Source: Octopus bimaculoides | Lineage: Eukaryota | Length of the DNA stretch: 58,988 nt | NCBI RefSeq assembly: GCF_001194135.2 | Contig: NC_068982.1 | Coordinates: 11,997,522-12,056,509, forward strand | Direction: 5' to 3' | Part shown: piece after piece, positions 24,026-36,849 of the stretch | Position numbering within the stretch: the first letter of the stretch is position 1 | Layout: every line of letters begins with the position of its first letter | Notes under the pieces: generated by a model | The model's database searches: none | Seen by the model: the letters and a program-made list of their open reading frames with translations, nothing else | What the model was told of the DNA's origin: nothing | Translations under genes and position numbers: made by a program

Positions 24026-25429
24026 GCGTTAAATAAAAGGAAACAACAAAGCGGAGGCTGTGTGGAAACAGAAATACATATAGTTGAGAAATGAATGGAA
24101 TAAAACGTGTTTCATACCAATAATGATAATTCTTCATTAAAATTTCTTTTTTCTTGAAATCCCAGTCTGGTATTGATTCCTGCAAAAAAAACAAAAACAA
24201 AACATTTTATTTTCTATAAATTTTTATATTTATATTTTATCCTAATAAAAATGATAAAAAAAAAATGTTGGAAATTAGCAATTTTTTCTTCCTGTTGCCC
24301 TCATTATAAGCAAATAATCTGTTATAATGCTCAACACTATTTAGTGTTGAACAAACAATTATTATTAAAAAAAACCCCTAAAAAACAGGTTCTATTTAAC
24401 ATGGTTATGGGGCATGGCCTGGGGGTGGGGGCTTGAAAGATTAATCTTTCATTTCACATTCAGCAATTATTATGTCCTAATAACAGGTACTATTTTGAGG
24501 ATATTATGTAGGGTATCATTTAGCTTAATCTAGTTCCAATTGTCTGATGTAACTTCTCATTGGTATCACAGTTAACATTTTCTGATTATTGCTCACCATA
24601 ATCCCAACGGTTACTCCCTGTTTGAAACAATCTAAAACTGACGCTAGATATTATCTAAGCAGTTGTAAAAGTTGGCAATTTTCAAACATTTGTTTGATAT
24701 CAATAAGAGACAGTTACCATCTGTTGGATTATTTATATTAATGGCATGTCAGCCAGCAATATGTGTGGTTGTGTAATTCGTTGAAATAGTATTCCAAAAC
24801 TATGTCAATTCATTTGCAAAAACCTAAATTGTCATTTATATATTCTAATGTAATTAATACTTGGGGCAAACTAAGAATTACATGACTATGAAAACTGAAA
24901 ACACAATTATTTGTTTTGTCCTTATCATAAATTACATTAGGGAGAAAAGAGAAAACTATCATTATAATGATGGAACTGTTATTACTCAATAGCATAAACC
25001 TACACTGATATGCTGGCAAAGGGATTTTTGTTAATATAATGGATCAATTCTAACAAGTGTATGCATATGTCTAAATAAATATTCTTTTATAACCATCAGC
25101 ATTACCATTTTTCTTTGCTATGATGATTATTCTGCAGAAGAAAAATTTTCTCCTAATAAATTGGTTCTACTGGAGCCTCTATACAGTTGCCCAACCTGCT
25201 GAAAATAGCAGCCAAGTCTCCTTCAAATTTAACCATTTAGAATCCAGATTAGTTTGTCAAATATAATAATTAGTTATTCACATTGCTTTGAATTAATCAG
25301 GCATTATCTCTTAGCTTTGGGATTTCGATGATGATGATGTGGCTGGTTTAAATCCTAAAATCTTGAAAACAGAAAAGACATTTTGAATAATGTAGTCCTA
25401 GATTCCTCATGTCAGATTTGATGAAATGA

Positions 25430-25885
25430 ACTAATTAGAACACCACTGATACATAAGTTTGCCTGACAACAACAACAAGTTAAGCATGATGGTAATTAAT
25501 GAAAAAGGCAATAATTTATATGACAATTTGCCGAAAAAGGATGTTGAAACTTTTAATGAAAAATCTTTTCTCCTTTTCTGGTTAAAAAAGGCTGGTTTGA
25601 AAAGTTTAAGAATTGCTTGAATTTGCACATAAAAAAAAACTGGAGAAGCTGCTGCTAATTATCATGAACAATTAGGAAAAGAATATAATTGGTGAAGGAT
25701 GCTACACACCAGAGCAAATATACAAGGTTCTTGGAACTGTACTTTTCTCAATGCTCATGCATATTAAAGTTTTTATATCTTGTGAAGTAAAATCAAAGCC
25801 AGGAGTTAAAGCTTCCAAAAATCATGTTACACTTCTGGCAGGAAATGCTGCTGGTGATATAAAATTAAAGTCTGTCTTATGTTTT
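25430..25885 (+). pseudogene. Degenerate Tigger transposase fragment
   Basis: KGWFEKFK, TGEAAA, YTPEQIY and GNAAGDIKLK motifs with frameshifts. Confidence 0.78.
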
Positions 25886-25986
25886 GTAATGTGGCTGACT
25901 ATTTTTGTAATATGAAAATCAGTGGGAAAATTAATTTCATGTTATGGTATTCTTTTAATGCCTTATTTCTGTAATGTGGGGTATTC

Positions 25987-25987
<1 letters not shown>

Positions 25988-26054
<67 letters not shown>

Positions 26055-26125
26055 CTGTCTTCGTCTTTTGTTTTTCTGTTAATATCAACTATATATACAC
26101 ACACACACACACATATATATGTATG
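25988..26125. repeat. Compound (TG)n(TA)n(CA)n microsatellite
   Basis: Direct reading. Confidence 0.95.
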
Positions 26126-26814
26126 TAACAACATACATATATATATAGTTGCGTTTGTGTGTGTGGATTCTTAGCTGACTTCTCCAAAGATTTCTTGATA
26201 TTCAAACTTCGAAATATTGAAACAACACAATTCATTGACCTGTATTATTAATTTTCATAGCTTGCACTGTTTTGGCTTTAAAAAAATAATTAAAAACAAT
26301 TATCTATCTATCTGCCTGTCTGTCAATGTCAACATATATATGAGACAAATCTTTTTGCAAACTATACTACTACTGTCATATACATGTGTGTGTGTGTGTG
26401 TTTGTACACATACGTGCATATACCCAGGCCTATTCTCCATTTTTTTAGGGGGGGATAGTCACAAGACACACACCAGGCATTCCATTCATTTCAAAGCTCT
26501 AAGAGGCAAGCCCTGTCCTATGCTCAGGTCAAGGCATAGAATGCAACCCCCGATATCAGCAGTGAGGGCCGACGGCAAATGCTGGTTCTGTACCCCTTTG
26601 ACCAACATCAAATTCACTCATCCATCCACAAACACTCTCCAAGCTTTCCTGTCATTTATAAACTCTCTTTGTCCTAGGTATAACTAAACTACATCCAGTA
26701 GTGGGACCCTGGGGCTCTGGTTTCAGAGTTTGAGGAGTGTGAAACCACCTCTTAGCCAATATTGTTGCCAGGTCTACTCTGGACCAGAGTGGTAGCACCT
26801 GTACGGGTCCCAGC

Positions 26815-27256
26815 CAGCGCTAGATTAACCCATTAAACAAAATAAGCACGTGCTTAGGGCACTAAGGGATGGGGCACCACAGAAATGAAAATGGCTTACG
26901 GCATGAAAGAAATCACTTTAAGCTTGCTAAAATAATATTCATAATGCCTTATCTCTAAGTATAGAAGCAGAAGTTTTAATTTTAATTAATTAATTTTAAC
27001 GATATCATTGAACACTTTGCAATAAAAAAAGAGAAAACTTTTCAAATATAAATAAAATGGAAGCATACAAAAATAAACATTATTTTCCATCTTACTGTGA
27101 ATTTTGTTTCATTTTGAAAAATAAAAATTTATTTTATGGTTTATTATCGTTTTCATTTTGAATTATTTTTGTTTACATTTGGAACCATTTACATATACCT
27201 GAGGGCACAAAACCTTTTAGGTGCTTAGGGCCTCTATGGGTCTTAATCTGGCCCTA
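26815..27256. mobile_element. hAT-type MITE inserted in an unclassified repeat
   Basis: TIRs CAGCGCTAGATTAA / TAGGGCCAGATTAA (rc) and an 8-bp TSD GTCCCAGC / GTCCTAGC. Confidence 0.8.
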
Positions 27257-28052
27257 GTCCTAGCTATGGGTTAACTAGCAACCCCATCCCTGTGACTGGG
27301 GGAGGGACCAGTAGAATGCAGTCGCTGTATTCCCTAAAGGGGACGGGAGTGAGGGGACAAGGAATCCATTCCTCCTAATAGTTTCATGTTCCTAAAAAGA
27401 CAGGACAACATACATAACACATCTAAACAAATATTTATAAATTTATTTATTTCAGGAAGATTTATACTGTACCCCTAGTTAAAAAAAAAAAAAAAGTGAC
27501 CCACAGATATACTATTAAAAGTAGAGAGAAGGTTTTTGTCTTTTTATTGACATTTACAAATTTGAATGAAAAACAAATATGTCAAAATATATTTCAAAAT
27601 ATATTTCAAGTTTGATATTGATTATTTAAATAAAAAGAAACCAAAACAATAAACTATCAAACTTTCTCAGACCTCTGAATTGTATCAAATATTATTGCCA
27701 AATCATCTATTTTATATCTTCTGGTTTCTAGTAAATTCCGAACAATTTTTCATGTCTACACAGCACGATAATTTATTTTAGTATTCATTAGTCAGTTCTT
27801 GAATATTATGTATTTTTTTTCATTTTCATTATCTGGTGACATAAAATGAATTTTTAGTACTGTGTATAAAAACTGTTATCTTCTGTGCTTTCTTTATCTC
27901 CTTGTTAGCTATTGCTTCTCTCTCCTTATCACTTAGCAACATGTCAAAAAACAAAAAAAAAGTCTTTAACAAACTGTAGACATGAAAACCAGATATTTTG
28001 TAACTATGGGGGTGGAATTTTAACAAGTACATTTTTTTTATATATTACCATA

Positions 28053-28569
28053 GGTGCAGGAGTGGCTGTGTGGTAAGTAGCTTGCTTACCAACCACATGG
28101 TTCTGGGGTCAGTCCCATTGCATGGCCCCTTGGGGAGAAACTGGAAGAAGCCGTTTATACATATATAAAAATACATATATATTTGTTTGATTGTGTTTGT
28201 CCCCCACCATCGCTTGACAACCGATGTTGATGTGTTTACGTCACCGTAACTTAGTGGTTCGACAAAACAGACTGATAGAATAAGTACTGGGATCGGTTTG
28301 TTCGACTAAAGGTGGTGCTCCAGCATGGCCGCAATCAAATGACTGAAACAAATAAAAGAGTGAAAAAGAATAGGTGCAGGTGTGTCTGTATGGTAAGAAG
28401 CTTGCTTTTCAGCCATATGGTTCTGGGTTCAGCCCCACTGCATGGCACCTAGGGTAAGTGTCTACAGACTGACAAAAGTTTTGTGAAAGAATTTGTAGCT
28501 GGAAACTGAAAAGAAGCCTGTCATGTATGTGTGAGTGTGTATGTATGTATATATATATATATATATATT

Positions 28570-28625
<56 letters not shown>

Positions 28626-28825
28626 CTTTGTGTGATTGTATCTGCTTGTCCATCACCACCACTTGACAACTAGTGTTAGTGTGTTTACATCCCCATAACT
28701 TAGCAGTTCATCAAAAGAGACCAATTGAACAAGTACAAGGTTTTAAAACATTAAGTACTAGGTTGACTCATTCAATAAAAGAATTCTTAAAGGAACTGCC
28801 CCAACATGGCCACAGTCTAAGATTA
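28053..28825 (+). mobile_element. Two tandem SINE family A copies
   Basis: Heads at ~28053 and ~28371. The second has an expanded (TA)/(TC) microsatellite. Confidence 0.85.
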
Positions 28826-29040
28826 AAGAAAATGACATAGCATTGCTGCTGCATTACAACCTATTCTTATTTTGCTTAAGACACTCCGGGAATTTTTCAA
28901 GAAATATAATCAATTAATTTGTGTATTTTTTCTTTATATACAAATATACATTAAAGTATCACATATTCATGATTTAACTCCATGTTTTTATAATATCAGT
29001 GTTGCTACCATATAAGGAAAATTATCTTTGTGCATATATA

Positions 29041-29091
<51 letters not shown>

Positions 29092-29689
29092 CAATTCATT
29101 TAAATATTGAATTGAACAGCTTTGAAGCAAATGAAAGAAAATTGATTTGAATTTTCCTCGAGAACAATAATTATATATTTGAGAATATAACTATTTATAC
29201 ATAGATTGTATGTCATGGTTAATGTTGATGAGAATTTTAAGAAGTATGATTTCACACATTTGTTACGGCATTTCTCTTGAAATATACTGACTTTGTTTCA
29301 ATTAATTTTGAAAATAATGAATAAATTAATAAAATAACTGTCGTTATTAAGTTTGCGCTCAGAACATAAATTAAATGAAATTTTGATGGAACGTTACTAT
29401 TTAGATTACTTTGAACAGGAAACTTGTATGATTGAAGCAGAGGTAGTCTCAAGCAGGTTGGCATCAAAAGGGTTTAAATCTTGGTCTACAAGACAAAGCC
29501 ATCACCTTCAATAATTCATTTTTAATTCCGTCTAGAATTTTTTTATTTATCTCATCTATCATATCTGGGAAATAAAATCTCTAGGCCGACCAATTAACCA
29601 TTACTGGTAGCTTAATACAAAATAATGAATTATTACTTGAGGTGAATGACTAATTTATGAGAGAAACACAGAACATCATTGTTATCATC

Positions 29690-29995
29690 ATCATTGTTTA
29701 ACATCCATTTTCCATGCTGGCATGCGTTGGCCAGTTTCACAGGAGATGGCCAAGCTCCAATTGTCTCTGGCGGCACGGTTTCTATGGCTGGATGCCCTTC
29801 CTAATGCCAACCACTTAACAGAGTGTACTGGATGCTTCATACATGCTACCAGCATGGGTGCATTTATGCAGTACCAGCGTGAGTGCATTTTACATGACAC
29901 TGGCACTTGTAAAAGACAAACCTGTGTGTATGGACAGCAGTAATTTTACTTAGCTTGACGTATCTTCTCAAGTACAGTAAATCGCCACAGCTCCC
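29690..29995 (-). mobile_element. RTE LINE 3' end (family D)
   Basis: (CAT)n start and GCTGGATGCCCTTCCTAATGCCAACC. Confidence 0.75.
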
Positions 29996-30147
29996 GATCC
30001 CTTTTCATTTCTGAGAGGAACACGTGAATTTTTTAAAAAAGCATGAACACAGAGACAAAAGAGAGAAGAAAATCAAAAGTATGTCATTTGTGAAAATAGA
30101 AATAATATATTTCTAAATCTCTCGGAGATTTATGTAGTAGCAGCATG

Positions 30148-30605
30148 ATAAAGTGATAGCATGTTGTCAACTTAATGTGACAGTCCCATGAAAGAGAAGA
30201 ATGCTACTGTTATTTAGCCCTAAGAAACACTGTTTCCTGTTGGACTTGACACATTTCCTATGTCCTTATGTCTTCAAATTGGAGACAAGCACCTCCAACC
30301 AGCAAAACCAGCATCCAGAGACTAGTTTCAGAGTCATTGCTCATCATATACATTTTCAAAGGCAGATAGGCATCGACAGGTAGCAAGCCATGCTACTCCA
30401 GACTGATGATGAGCAAGGACTCTGGAACTGGTCTCTGGATGCTGGTTTTGCTGGGTGGAGGTGCTTGTCTCCACTTTGAAAACATAAGGACACAGGAAAT
30501 GTGTCAAGGCCAACAGGAAACGGTGTTTCCTCGGGCTAAATAACAGTAGCATTCTTCTCTTTTATGGGACTGTCACATTAAGTTGACAAGATGCTATCAC
30601 TTTAT
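30148..30605. repeat. Long inverted repeat (~200-bp arms, ~58-nt loop)
   Basis: 30148-30347 is the reverse complement of 30406-30605, with about 13 substitutions and no indel. Confidence 0.95.
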
Positions 30606-30690
30606 GTCATTTGTGTTCCCACAAGTTTACATACTTTTGATTCTTTAATAAATATCATTTGTTCTCTATTTAAGAGATGAGGAAATATGT

Positions 30691-31108
30691 GCATTATTTA
30701 CATATATTTACAGATACTTTTTGTCCTCATCTTGTTTGTTGTGAACACAACGTTTTGGCTGATATACCCTCCAGCCTTCTTCAGGTGTCTTGGGGAAATT
30801 TCTAACCTGGGTTCTCATTCCTAAGGTATTTTTTTCGATGTTATATTCAGGTCACTGCTTGGAATCGAACTCGGAATCTTGGGGTTAGTAGCCCGTGCTC
30901 TTAATCACTATGCCCACAGTTCGATTCCAAGCAGTGACCTAAACAATAATAATAACATCGAAAAAATGCCTTAGGAATGAGAACCCAGGTTAGAAATTTC
31001 CCCAAGACACCTGAAGAAGGCTGGAGGGTATATCAGCCGAAATGTTGTGTTAACAACAAACAAGATGAGGACAAATATCCGTTGAATGTAAATAACGAAA
31101 ATAATGCA
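30691..31108. mobile_element. Fold-back non-autonomous element: tRNA-like head plus Penelope-type hammerhead termini
   Basis: Arms are near-perfect reverse complements. Pol III-like head at ~30855-30915 (-). Hammerhead motifs at 30744-30789 (-) and 31006-31051 (+). Confidence 0.8.
31006..31051 (+). ncRNA. Minimal type I hammerhead ribozyme motif (Penelope-like)
   Basis: GACAC-CTGAAGA-A-GGCTG(10 nt)CAGCC-GAAA-TGTT-GTGTT: stem I, core, stem II and core are present. The stem III palindrome ACGT is decayed to ATGT. Confidence 0.7.
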
Positions 31109-31194
31109 AATATCATTTTTGTTTAATGATTCATTTAATTAAAAAAAGATGGCATGCACTGCTCTCTCACTCAATAATAATAAGAATAATCGAT

Positions 31195-31745
31195 TCAAAC
31201 TTTGGCTCAAAACTGAATCTTCCTGAGAACTGTATTATGGGAATGTGTGTTAGTGGAGTACTTAGCCACTTGCACATTAATTTCACGAGCAGGCACAGGC
31301 ATAGCTGTGTGGTAAGACGCTTGCTCTCCAATCACATGGTTTTGGGTTTTGTCCCACTATGTGGCACTTTGGACAGGAGTCTTCTACATAAACTTTATGC
31401 TGACCAAAGCCTTGTTAATGGATTTGGTAGATGGAAACTGAAAGGAGCCCGTCGTATGTGTGTTTCTTTGTGTCTATGTTTTTGTTCCCAATACCACTTG
31501 ACAACCGGTGTTGGTGAGTTTACATCCTTGCAACTTAGTAGTTCAGCAAAGGAGACTGATACAGTAACTATAAAGCTTTAAAAAAAAAAAAAAAAAATCC
31601 TGGGGTCGATTTGTTCAACTAAAACCCATCAAGATGGTGCCCCAGTATGGCCACAGTCAAATGACTGAAACAGGTAAAAGATAAAGGCTGTTGCATTGAT
31701 TGGACCAACTGGAACCCTCATCACCATTACTGATGGAGAGCCAGT
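31195..31745 (+). mobile_element. SINE B tail (31195-31300, 31686-31745) split by a SINE A copy (31301-31685)
   Basis: The B tail rejoins across the A insertion. Confidence 0.75.
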
Positions 31746-31879
31746 AGCATTTCAGCACTCAGGTTAGATCCCCTATTTGGTGGGGACATTCTTTTCTCCC
31801 ACCATTCTTGGAGGTTCTATAAAAGATGGTGGATATTGAAAGATAAAGAAAAATATGAAAAAAAAAGAGGAAATATTGA

Positions 31880-32045
31880 AATTATTTTCTATCTCTCTGG
31901 ATGGAAACATCTTCACGAAGGAGCTGAAGAAAATGGCAAATTACAAAGATAAAGATTTCGAAATAGAAATAACCACAATATGGAGATTGAAAATGCAAAC
32001 AATCCCAATAACAGTCATTGATGCACTCAGGCTTATAAAAATATA
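31880..32045 (+). pseudogene. R4/Dong-like restriction-like endonuclease C-terminal fragment
   Basis: DGNIFTKELKKMANYKD..EIEITTIWRLKMQTIP...DAL. Confidence 0.65.
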
Positions 32046-32151
32046 AATAAATAAATATGTAAATACAAATATGACATTAGGATTATCCAAACTGCACATC
32101 ATACAAAAAATAGCACAGTCAGGTACAGCACACATAAAAATGATGCATTAG

Positions 32152-32152
32152 C

Positions 32153-32196
<44 letters not shown>

Positions 32197-32235
32197 TGTG
32201 CGTATGTGTGTATATATATATGTGTGCGTGTATGT
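32152..32235. repeat. (TG)n/(TA)n microsatellite
   Basis: Direct reading. Confidence 0.95.
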
Positions 32236-34439
32236 GCATGCTGAAGAGTAAACACAGAAATATGATGCCAACGAATAGTGCAATATCGGTGATTCTGTAT
32301 GCAACTTTCAGGCATATTGAGATGACCTTCCGTTATACAATAAGCACATGCAATATTTGTAATACCAGGATTTATAACGATTATGGAGCTCGTTAATATC
32401 AGAGACAAAATGATATTTAGTCGATTCTATTCATAATCTTGGCTTAATTTCCATCAGTATTGGATATTTATCATCTTCCTATGGTCAACAAAATAAATTC
32501 TAGCAAAATACTGCTGCAAGTAATAAATATTTCACAAAAAGAAAAAAAAAAAATCACCTAATTACTCTAGGTGTTTCTTTTTACTTTATGTTGTTTTCAA
32601 CCAAAGAAACTTCTAGCGTGGAATTGAGTAAATTTAATGCATTTGATGTGTTGTGATAAGATTGAAGATGTTAAACTGGTGAAAAAGTCGCCTCATTACC
32701 TGTTTAATGCTCTTGTATTTGCTATCGTTAAACTATTTAATCCAACATGAGATTGTTAATTTACTTGTTGAAAATTAGTTGCTGCTACTAAAATTATAAA
32801 GAATTTCAGAATATAAGAGCTTTAAGCTTGAATGTGATCTAATTATTAAACAATTATCGAATAATAGCTGGAAGTTATAACTTTCTATAACTATTATATT
32901 GTGAACAGTTTTACTTGTCATGCTGCTTGCTTTGAATATCATAAAACTATATTTTACACAACTAATCAGCTATAAATGTTTCTCTGTTAGCATTATGTAC
33001 CACCAATATGAGACTATCTTCATAAACTATAATGATTAGCTTTGTACAAAACCGTGTAGTTAAACTAGTGATCAATATAAGATGATAGACAAAATAACTG
33101 ATCAAAACCATAAATTATATGTTAATTTAAGTTTAATTATGAATGCTATCATATAATAGTTAAGTGAGTGTTGGCATACTCAATGTGAATCTTTGAACTC
33201 TACATAGATGATATACAACTCAATAGTAAATTTAGAATGGGAACAATCACAATGGTATATTAACACAGCAGTTAATTCTTTTAGCATTTTTCTAACAATC
33301 CACTGTAGGTGTGTTTAACTTCCTAATTAACCATGTTTCTCCTTTTATGAACATTTAATAAGGTTTCTTAAATCATTATACTTGTTGATATGTTATTAAA
33401 ATCCTTTCTAAATCTATTTCAGTGGGGTTTAAGTAATAAATTTCAGATTTATCTTGAAGTTATATTAAATTTTCTTACAAATCATGTTTCAAAATATTAA
33501 CCTTTAATGATTTAATTTAGATATTTAAATCAATATAAATTGTAGTGTTATGTTAATTATTGTAATTATGCTTCTTAATCCTAGTGATATCAGAAATTCA
33601 GTGACGAATCTTCTTTCAAAATTTATATGAGAATGAAATAAGGAAATATCGGATACTCAGTACACATATATCATTGGCTCATGCCTTATTGAAAGGAATT
33701 TATTGAAGTAGCTTAACTACACTTTTTAGTTTATTTATAAAGTAAAACATTTATTTAAAGTTTATGTTTGAGCAAGTGACATTATTAACAAGGATGTCTT
33801 TTTATATTAGGCATGTTCAAACATTTTTTGTAGCATAGTTATTAAGAGGAAGTCATGATAACCATGCTATACAAAATGTCATAAATAATGTGTTCTGTAC
33901 ACAAAACCTGGCATTTTTGGTGGAAATTGAAGAAGTTATGACTGTCATTCCCAAATAAAATGAATTGGTTGCAGTTAGAAATAAAACCAGTTCACAGATG
34001 CAACATTGCTTATTTTCTCAACTTCAGTAGCAAGAAAAGTAAACAGGTCTTGAGTAACTAAAACCAGGTTAAAACACTTGGAATATATTTTATTCTAGTT
34101 CTTTGTTATCTTAGTCATATTACTCTCTCTCTCTCTCTCTCTTTTAGTATATATTAAATATGTTTTACTTTGTAGCATGATTAATGAGAGTAGTGTTTTT
34201 TTGTTTTTTTTTTAAGTTCTATGCTGAGAACAAAACAACTCTGTTGTACATTTGCAAACATGTAGAAAGGATTTGGACAGGAGCCTACACTCTTTACTTT
34301 GGTGGTTGAGAATAGAGAAGAATTGTTTGGGAGCAAAATAAGAATTTATACAAAATCCAGTGCACAGTTTGGTGCTCACTTAACTAGACATCTCTTCATT
34401 ATATTCCTTACTTTTCTTTATGACTGGCAATCCATCTGT

Positions 34440-34745
34440 TACTACGATGAGTGTTCCAGTTGATTCAATCAACGGAACAGCCTGCATGTAAAATTAACCT
34501 ACAAGTGGCCAAGCACTCTACAGATACACATACTGTTAATGTAGTTCTCAGAGAGATTCAGCATGACACAGAATGTGACAAGGCCGTCCCTTTGAATTAC
34601 AGGTACAACTCACTTTTGCCAGCTGAGTGGACTGAGATAAATGTGCAATAAAGTGTCTACCTCAAGGACTTTATGCACCACTGGGTATCAAACTCACGAC
34701 TTTACAATCGTGAGCTGAACACCCTAACCACTGAGCCATGTGCCT
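34440..34745 (-). mobile_element. SINE family B
   Basis: Head and tail in reverse orientation. Confidence 0.8.
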
Positions 34746-34778
34746 TCTTTCATTATAGTCCTTAAGACATATGTACAG

Positions 34779-35172
34779 AGGCGCAGGAGTGGCTGTGTGG
34801 TAAGTAGCTCGCTTACCAACCACATGGTTCCGGGTTCAGTCCCACTGAGTGGCACCTTGGGCAAGTGTCTTCTGCTATAGCCTCAGGCCGATCAAAGCCT
34901 TGTGAGTGGATTTGGTAAACGGAAACTGAAAGAAGCCCATCATATATATGTATATATATATATATGTGTGTGTGTTTGCTGGACCCCCCCCCCACATCAC
35001 TTGACAACCGATGCTGATGTGTTTACGTCCCTGTAACTTAGCAGTTCGGCAAAAGAGACTGATAGAATAAGTACTAAGCTTACGAAGAATAAGTCCTGGG
35101 GTCAATTTGCTCGACTAAAGGCGATGCTCCAGCATAGCCGGTCAAATGACTGAAACAAGTAAAAGAGTGAAA
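34779..35172 (+). mobile_element. SINE family A, full length
   Basis: GGCGCAGGAGTGGCTGTGTGG head through the GAAACAAGTAAAAGAG tail. Confidence 0.9.
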
Positions 35173-35189
35173 GAGAAAGAGTAGAGGTG

Positions 35190-35860
35190 TTCAGGAGTGG
35201 ATGTTTTTGAAATCATTGTGTGCTGCTGACTTGATTGTCAATCTGTTTAAAGAGCTGCAGAAGATTCTTCAAATGTCGAGCAGTAATTTTATATCAAAAG
35301 GCATAAATGTCTGTAAGTTTAAAACGGTTATATCTGATCCATCAGAAGGAAGTTAATAGGAATTCTATGCTATGTGCTCAAAAGAAATAATAGGGAGGAG
35401 ACATGTAGCAGGATCAAAGGAAAATTGTCGGATAGGGCATCCAGCTGTAGAAACTCTACCAAATCAGATTGGAGCCTGGCGTCGCATCCTGGTCAGTCCT
35501 CAGTCAAATCGTTCAACCCATGCTAGCATGGAAGGCGGACGTTAAACGACGATATATAGTGTTAAATCGCATGTAAGGTGTAGCATATGAGATGCATGAG
35601 ATATACTTTATGGATATGATTTAATTCGATAACATCTGTTGGAGTGAAAAAGTATCATGTCTTGATTGCTTTTGGGAGAACCAGAAGATTTGTTAAAAAA
35701 GAATAATGTTGATCCTCACAGGCAAAGCGATAGAGACTTTGAAAGAAAAAGAAAACCAAAGTCACCAGTTTTAAAGTTGTTCGTTGTTTGCATGCCAAAT
35801 AAAAACAAGGTTACCATTAATGTAAACACTGTTATTGTTTACAATCTGCTGTAAAAACAT
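35190..35860 (+). pseudogene. Degenerate hAT (Charlie/GTF2IRD2-like) transposase, interrupted by an RTE tail at ~35433-35555
   Basis: KSLCAADL...NFISKGINVCKFKTVISD and CWSEKVSCLDCFWE resemble the hAT ESLCAK...NFIR.KGLNHRQF and RWLS.G..L.RFWE motifs. Confidence 0.55.
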
Positions 35861-36849
35861 GTTCAGCCATTGAGCTGTTGTTCATTGTTCAAAGGACGAG
35901 GGAAAATATTTTGTTATCTAGAAATAGGTCAGGGTTAGTGAGTGGAAGAACATCCAGCTGTAGCTGACTTCCTCAGTAAGTTTTGTCTGACCCATGCAAA
36001 CATGAAAAAGTGGATGTTGATACGATATACTCTACTGTAAGGTAAACTACTTTCAATTATATTTTCTTACATTTGTGTCATAGTATGGCAATTGTTGGTC
36101 GTAGATTTTAAAATATGTTATTCTAAAGGGAAGGTCAATAACCGTAGCTATTTTATGCCCTCTGGGACTGGAAAATAGAGGCAATTAGGGAGAGTTACTG
36201 TGATTACTGCTTTGATTAAATTGGTGTTGATTGAGGGGGGAAAATGTTGAGAGAAGAGAAAGGGATTGATTTATAGGGGGGGATACTGGTTTGAAGAGGG
36301 ACAATGAGTGTGGGGTTTAGAAAGTATTGAAAAGGTTACGGTAAACATGACAAATGGAGAAGAATTAGATGCATTGAGTGTATTTAAGAGAAGCGGGTAG
36401 GGTGGGGGGAGGAGCATAAAATCTGCGTGATCAGATGAGCAGAAGTTATTGTAGCCAAAGTAGAAAAGGCAAAAAACAAAAGGTAATATGTTATTGTAAT
36501 TGATGATCAGCTATAATTGATCTTAGATCTATGTTCAAAGACATTTCAGCTGTGGCCACACAATCTTTTTAAGAATTTCTATTATATATCTACTGTTTCC
36601 TTCTTTCTAACAATTTTAGGGAGATTTGGCTACTATTTCTAGCCAGTTGAGCAGCCACTGAGAGGCTCTTTATTGGCTCAATGCTTAGATTATACTTGAA
36701 TGGGTAATCATAAATAAATTATTTACTTGGTTAGTCCGTAAGACCTTGCTAGCTAAAATAATACCTATCAGTGAAACTAAATGAAGAAAGATGGGATTAA
36801 GATAAACTTGTTACATAAGATTTCCCCAAAGTTAAGTCTCTTCCTCAAT

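Noticed and set aside
27861-28032. Minus-strand exon-like frame DKEREAIANKEIKKAQKI, and similar candidates at 6937-7185 and 17890-17945
   Set aside because: They overlap or mirror pyrimidine tracts of the + strand, and no consistent minus-strand exon chain could be built.
30201-30552. Two near-identical ORFs on opposite strands as a small-protein pair
   Set aside because: They are a consequence of the inverted repeat; there is no recognisable domain or other coding evidence.
35195-35312. Open segment ending in a perfect GTAAGT donor as a host exon
   Set aside because: The peptide matches hAT transposase motifs that continue, with stops, to ~35860. The acceptor lies in a purine-rich SINE tail.
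36130-36520. Purine/pyrimidine-skewed tracts suggesting old L2/CR1 remnants (also 21630-21990, 50860-51230)
   Set aside because: They are too degenerate to recover diagnostic motifs by eye, so they are not reported as features.
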